Shown here piece after piece: positions 63,907 to 64,000 of a DNA stretch of 64,000 bases. A program made the position numbers and the translations under genes. Source of the DNA: Bdellovibrionota bacterium (GTDB taxonomy: Bacteria > Bdellovibrionota_C > UBA2361 > JAAYZI01); NCBI GenBank assembly GCA_050950765.1, contig JBMNIF010000002.1:1088001-1152000 (forward strand). Direction: 5' to 3'. The notes beneath the pieces are model-generated. The model worked only from the letters and a program-made list of their open reading frames with translations, had not been told where the DNA came from and did no database searches. The number at the start of each line of letters is the position of its first letter. Within the stretch, counting starts at the first letter, position 1.

Positions 63907-64000
63907 AATATTGCTTACCTATTATTGTGGATACCTTTGATGAGGTAAGGGCGGAGCTTAATCTTCAAAAAGATAGTTATGATTATTTTGAAGTGTGGTT
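63894..64000 (+). CDS. aroD: Probable type I 3-dehydroquinate dehydratase, truncated by the window edge
   Basis: Not in the ORF track; GGAGG then ATG at 63894, MQKIKYCLPII...YDYFEVW; resembles the AroD-I N-terminus and fits the aro cluster. Confidence 0.55.
   Translation, partial: MQKIKYCLPIIVDTFDEVRAELNLQKDSYDYFEVW

Overview
A 64-kb core-chromosome segment from a diderm, LPS-producing bacterium. The protein and rRNA sequences look broadly deltaproteobacterial/Bdellovibrionota-like, but this taxonomy is tentative. It holds the spc/alpha ribosomal operon (rplX to rplQ; secY is split by a one-base T-run indel; map and infA are absent), lptE, a tRNA-less rRNA operon, trpS, a TreZ-like GH13, a B12-binding radical SAM gene, tRNA-CAT, dprA, a priming glycosyltransferase, ubiB, rplM-rpsI, lptFG, rpsU, pfkA, a DsbA-family gene, two Tad-like pilin genes, argA, nadD, a GT4, a Ser/Thr kinase-CHASE2 gene facing a FecR-TPR-beta-barrel gene, an SPFH-like pair and an aro cluster. 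Five things stand out. (1) Two oppositely oriented, non-coding mosaic arrays (about 23.6-24.7 kb and 35.2-37.2 kb) are built from an 11-bp core, GGGTGGCACCA (14 and 28 copies), joined by a small set of reshuffled 52-80 bp modules, one of which carries IHF-consensus sites. They are BIME-like but are not canonical REP or CRISPR. (2) Duplications of about 78-82 bp recur at gene boundaries. (3) The rRNA operon is atypical: compensatory changes in 16S h44 and 23S H69, a 196-nt hairpin insertion in 23S domain I, and two scrambled 5S 5' copies before the real 5S. (4) There is an NsrA-like trans-envelope module with a Ser/Thr kinase where a cyclase is expected. (5) GATC appears over-represented. All coordinates and counts were read by eye, and some single-base oddities may be assembly errors.
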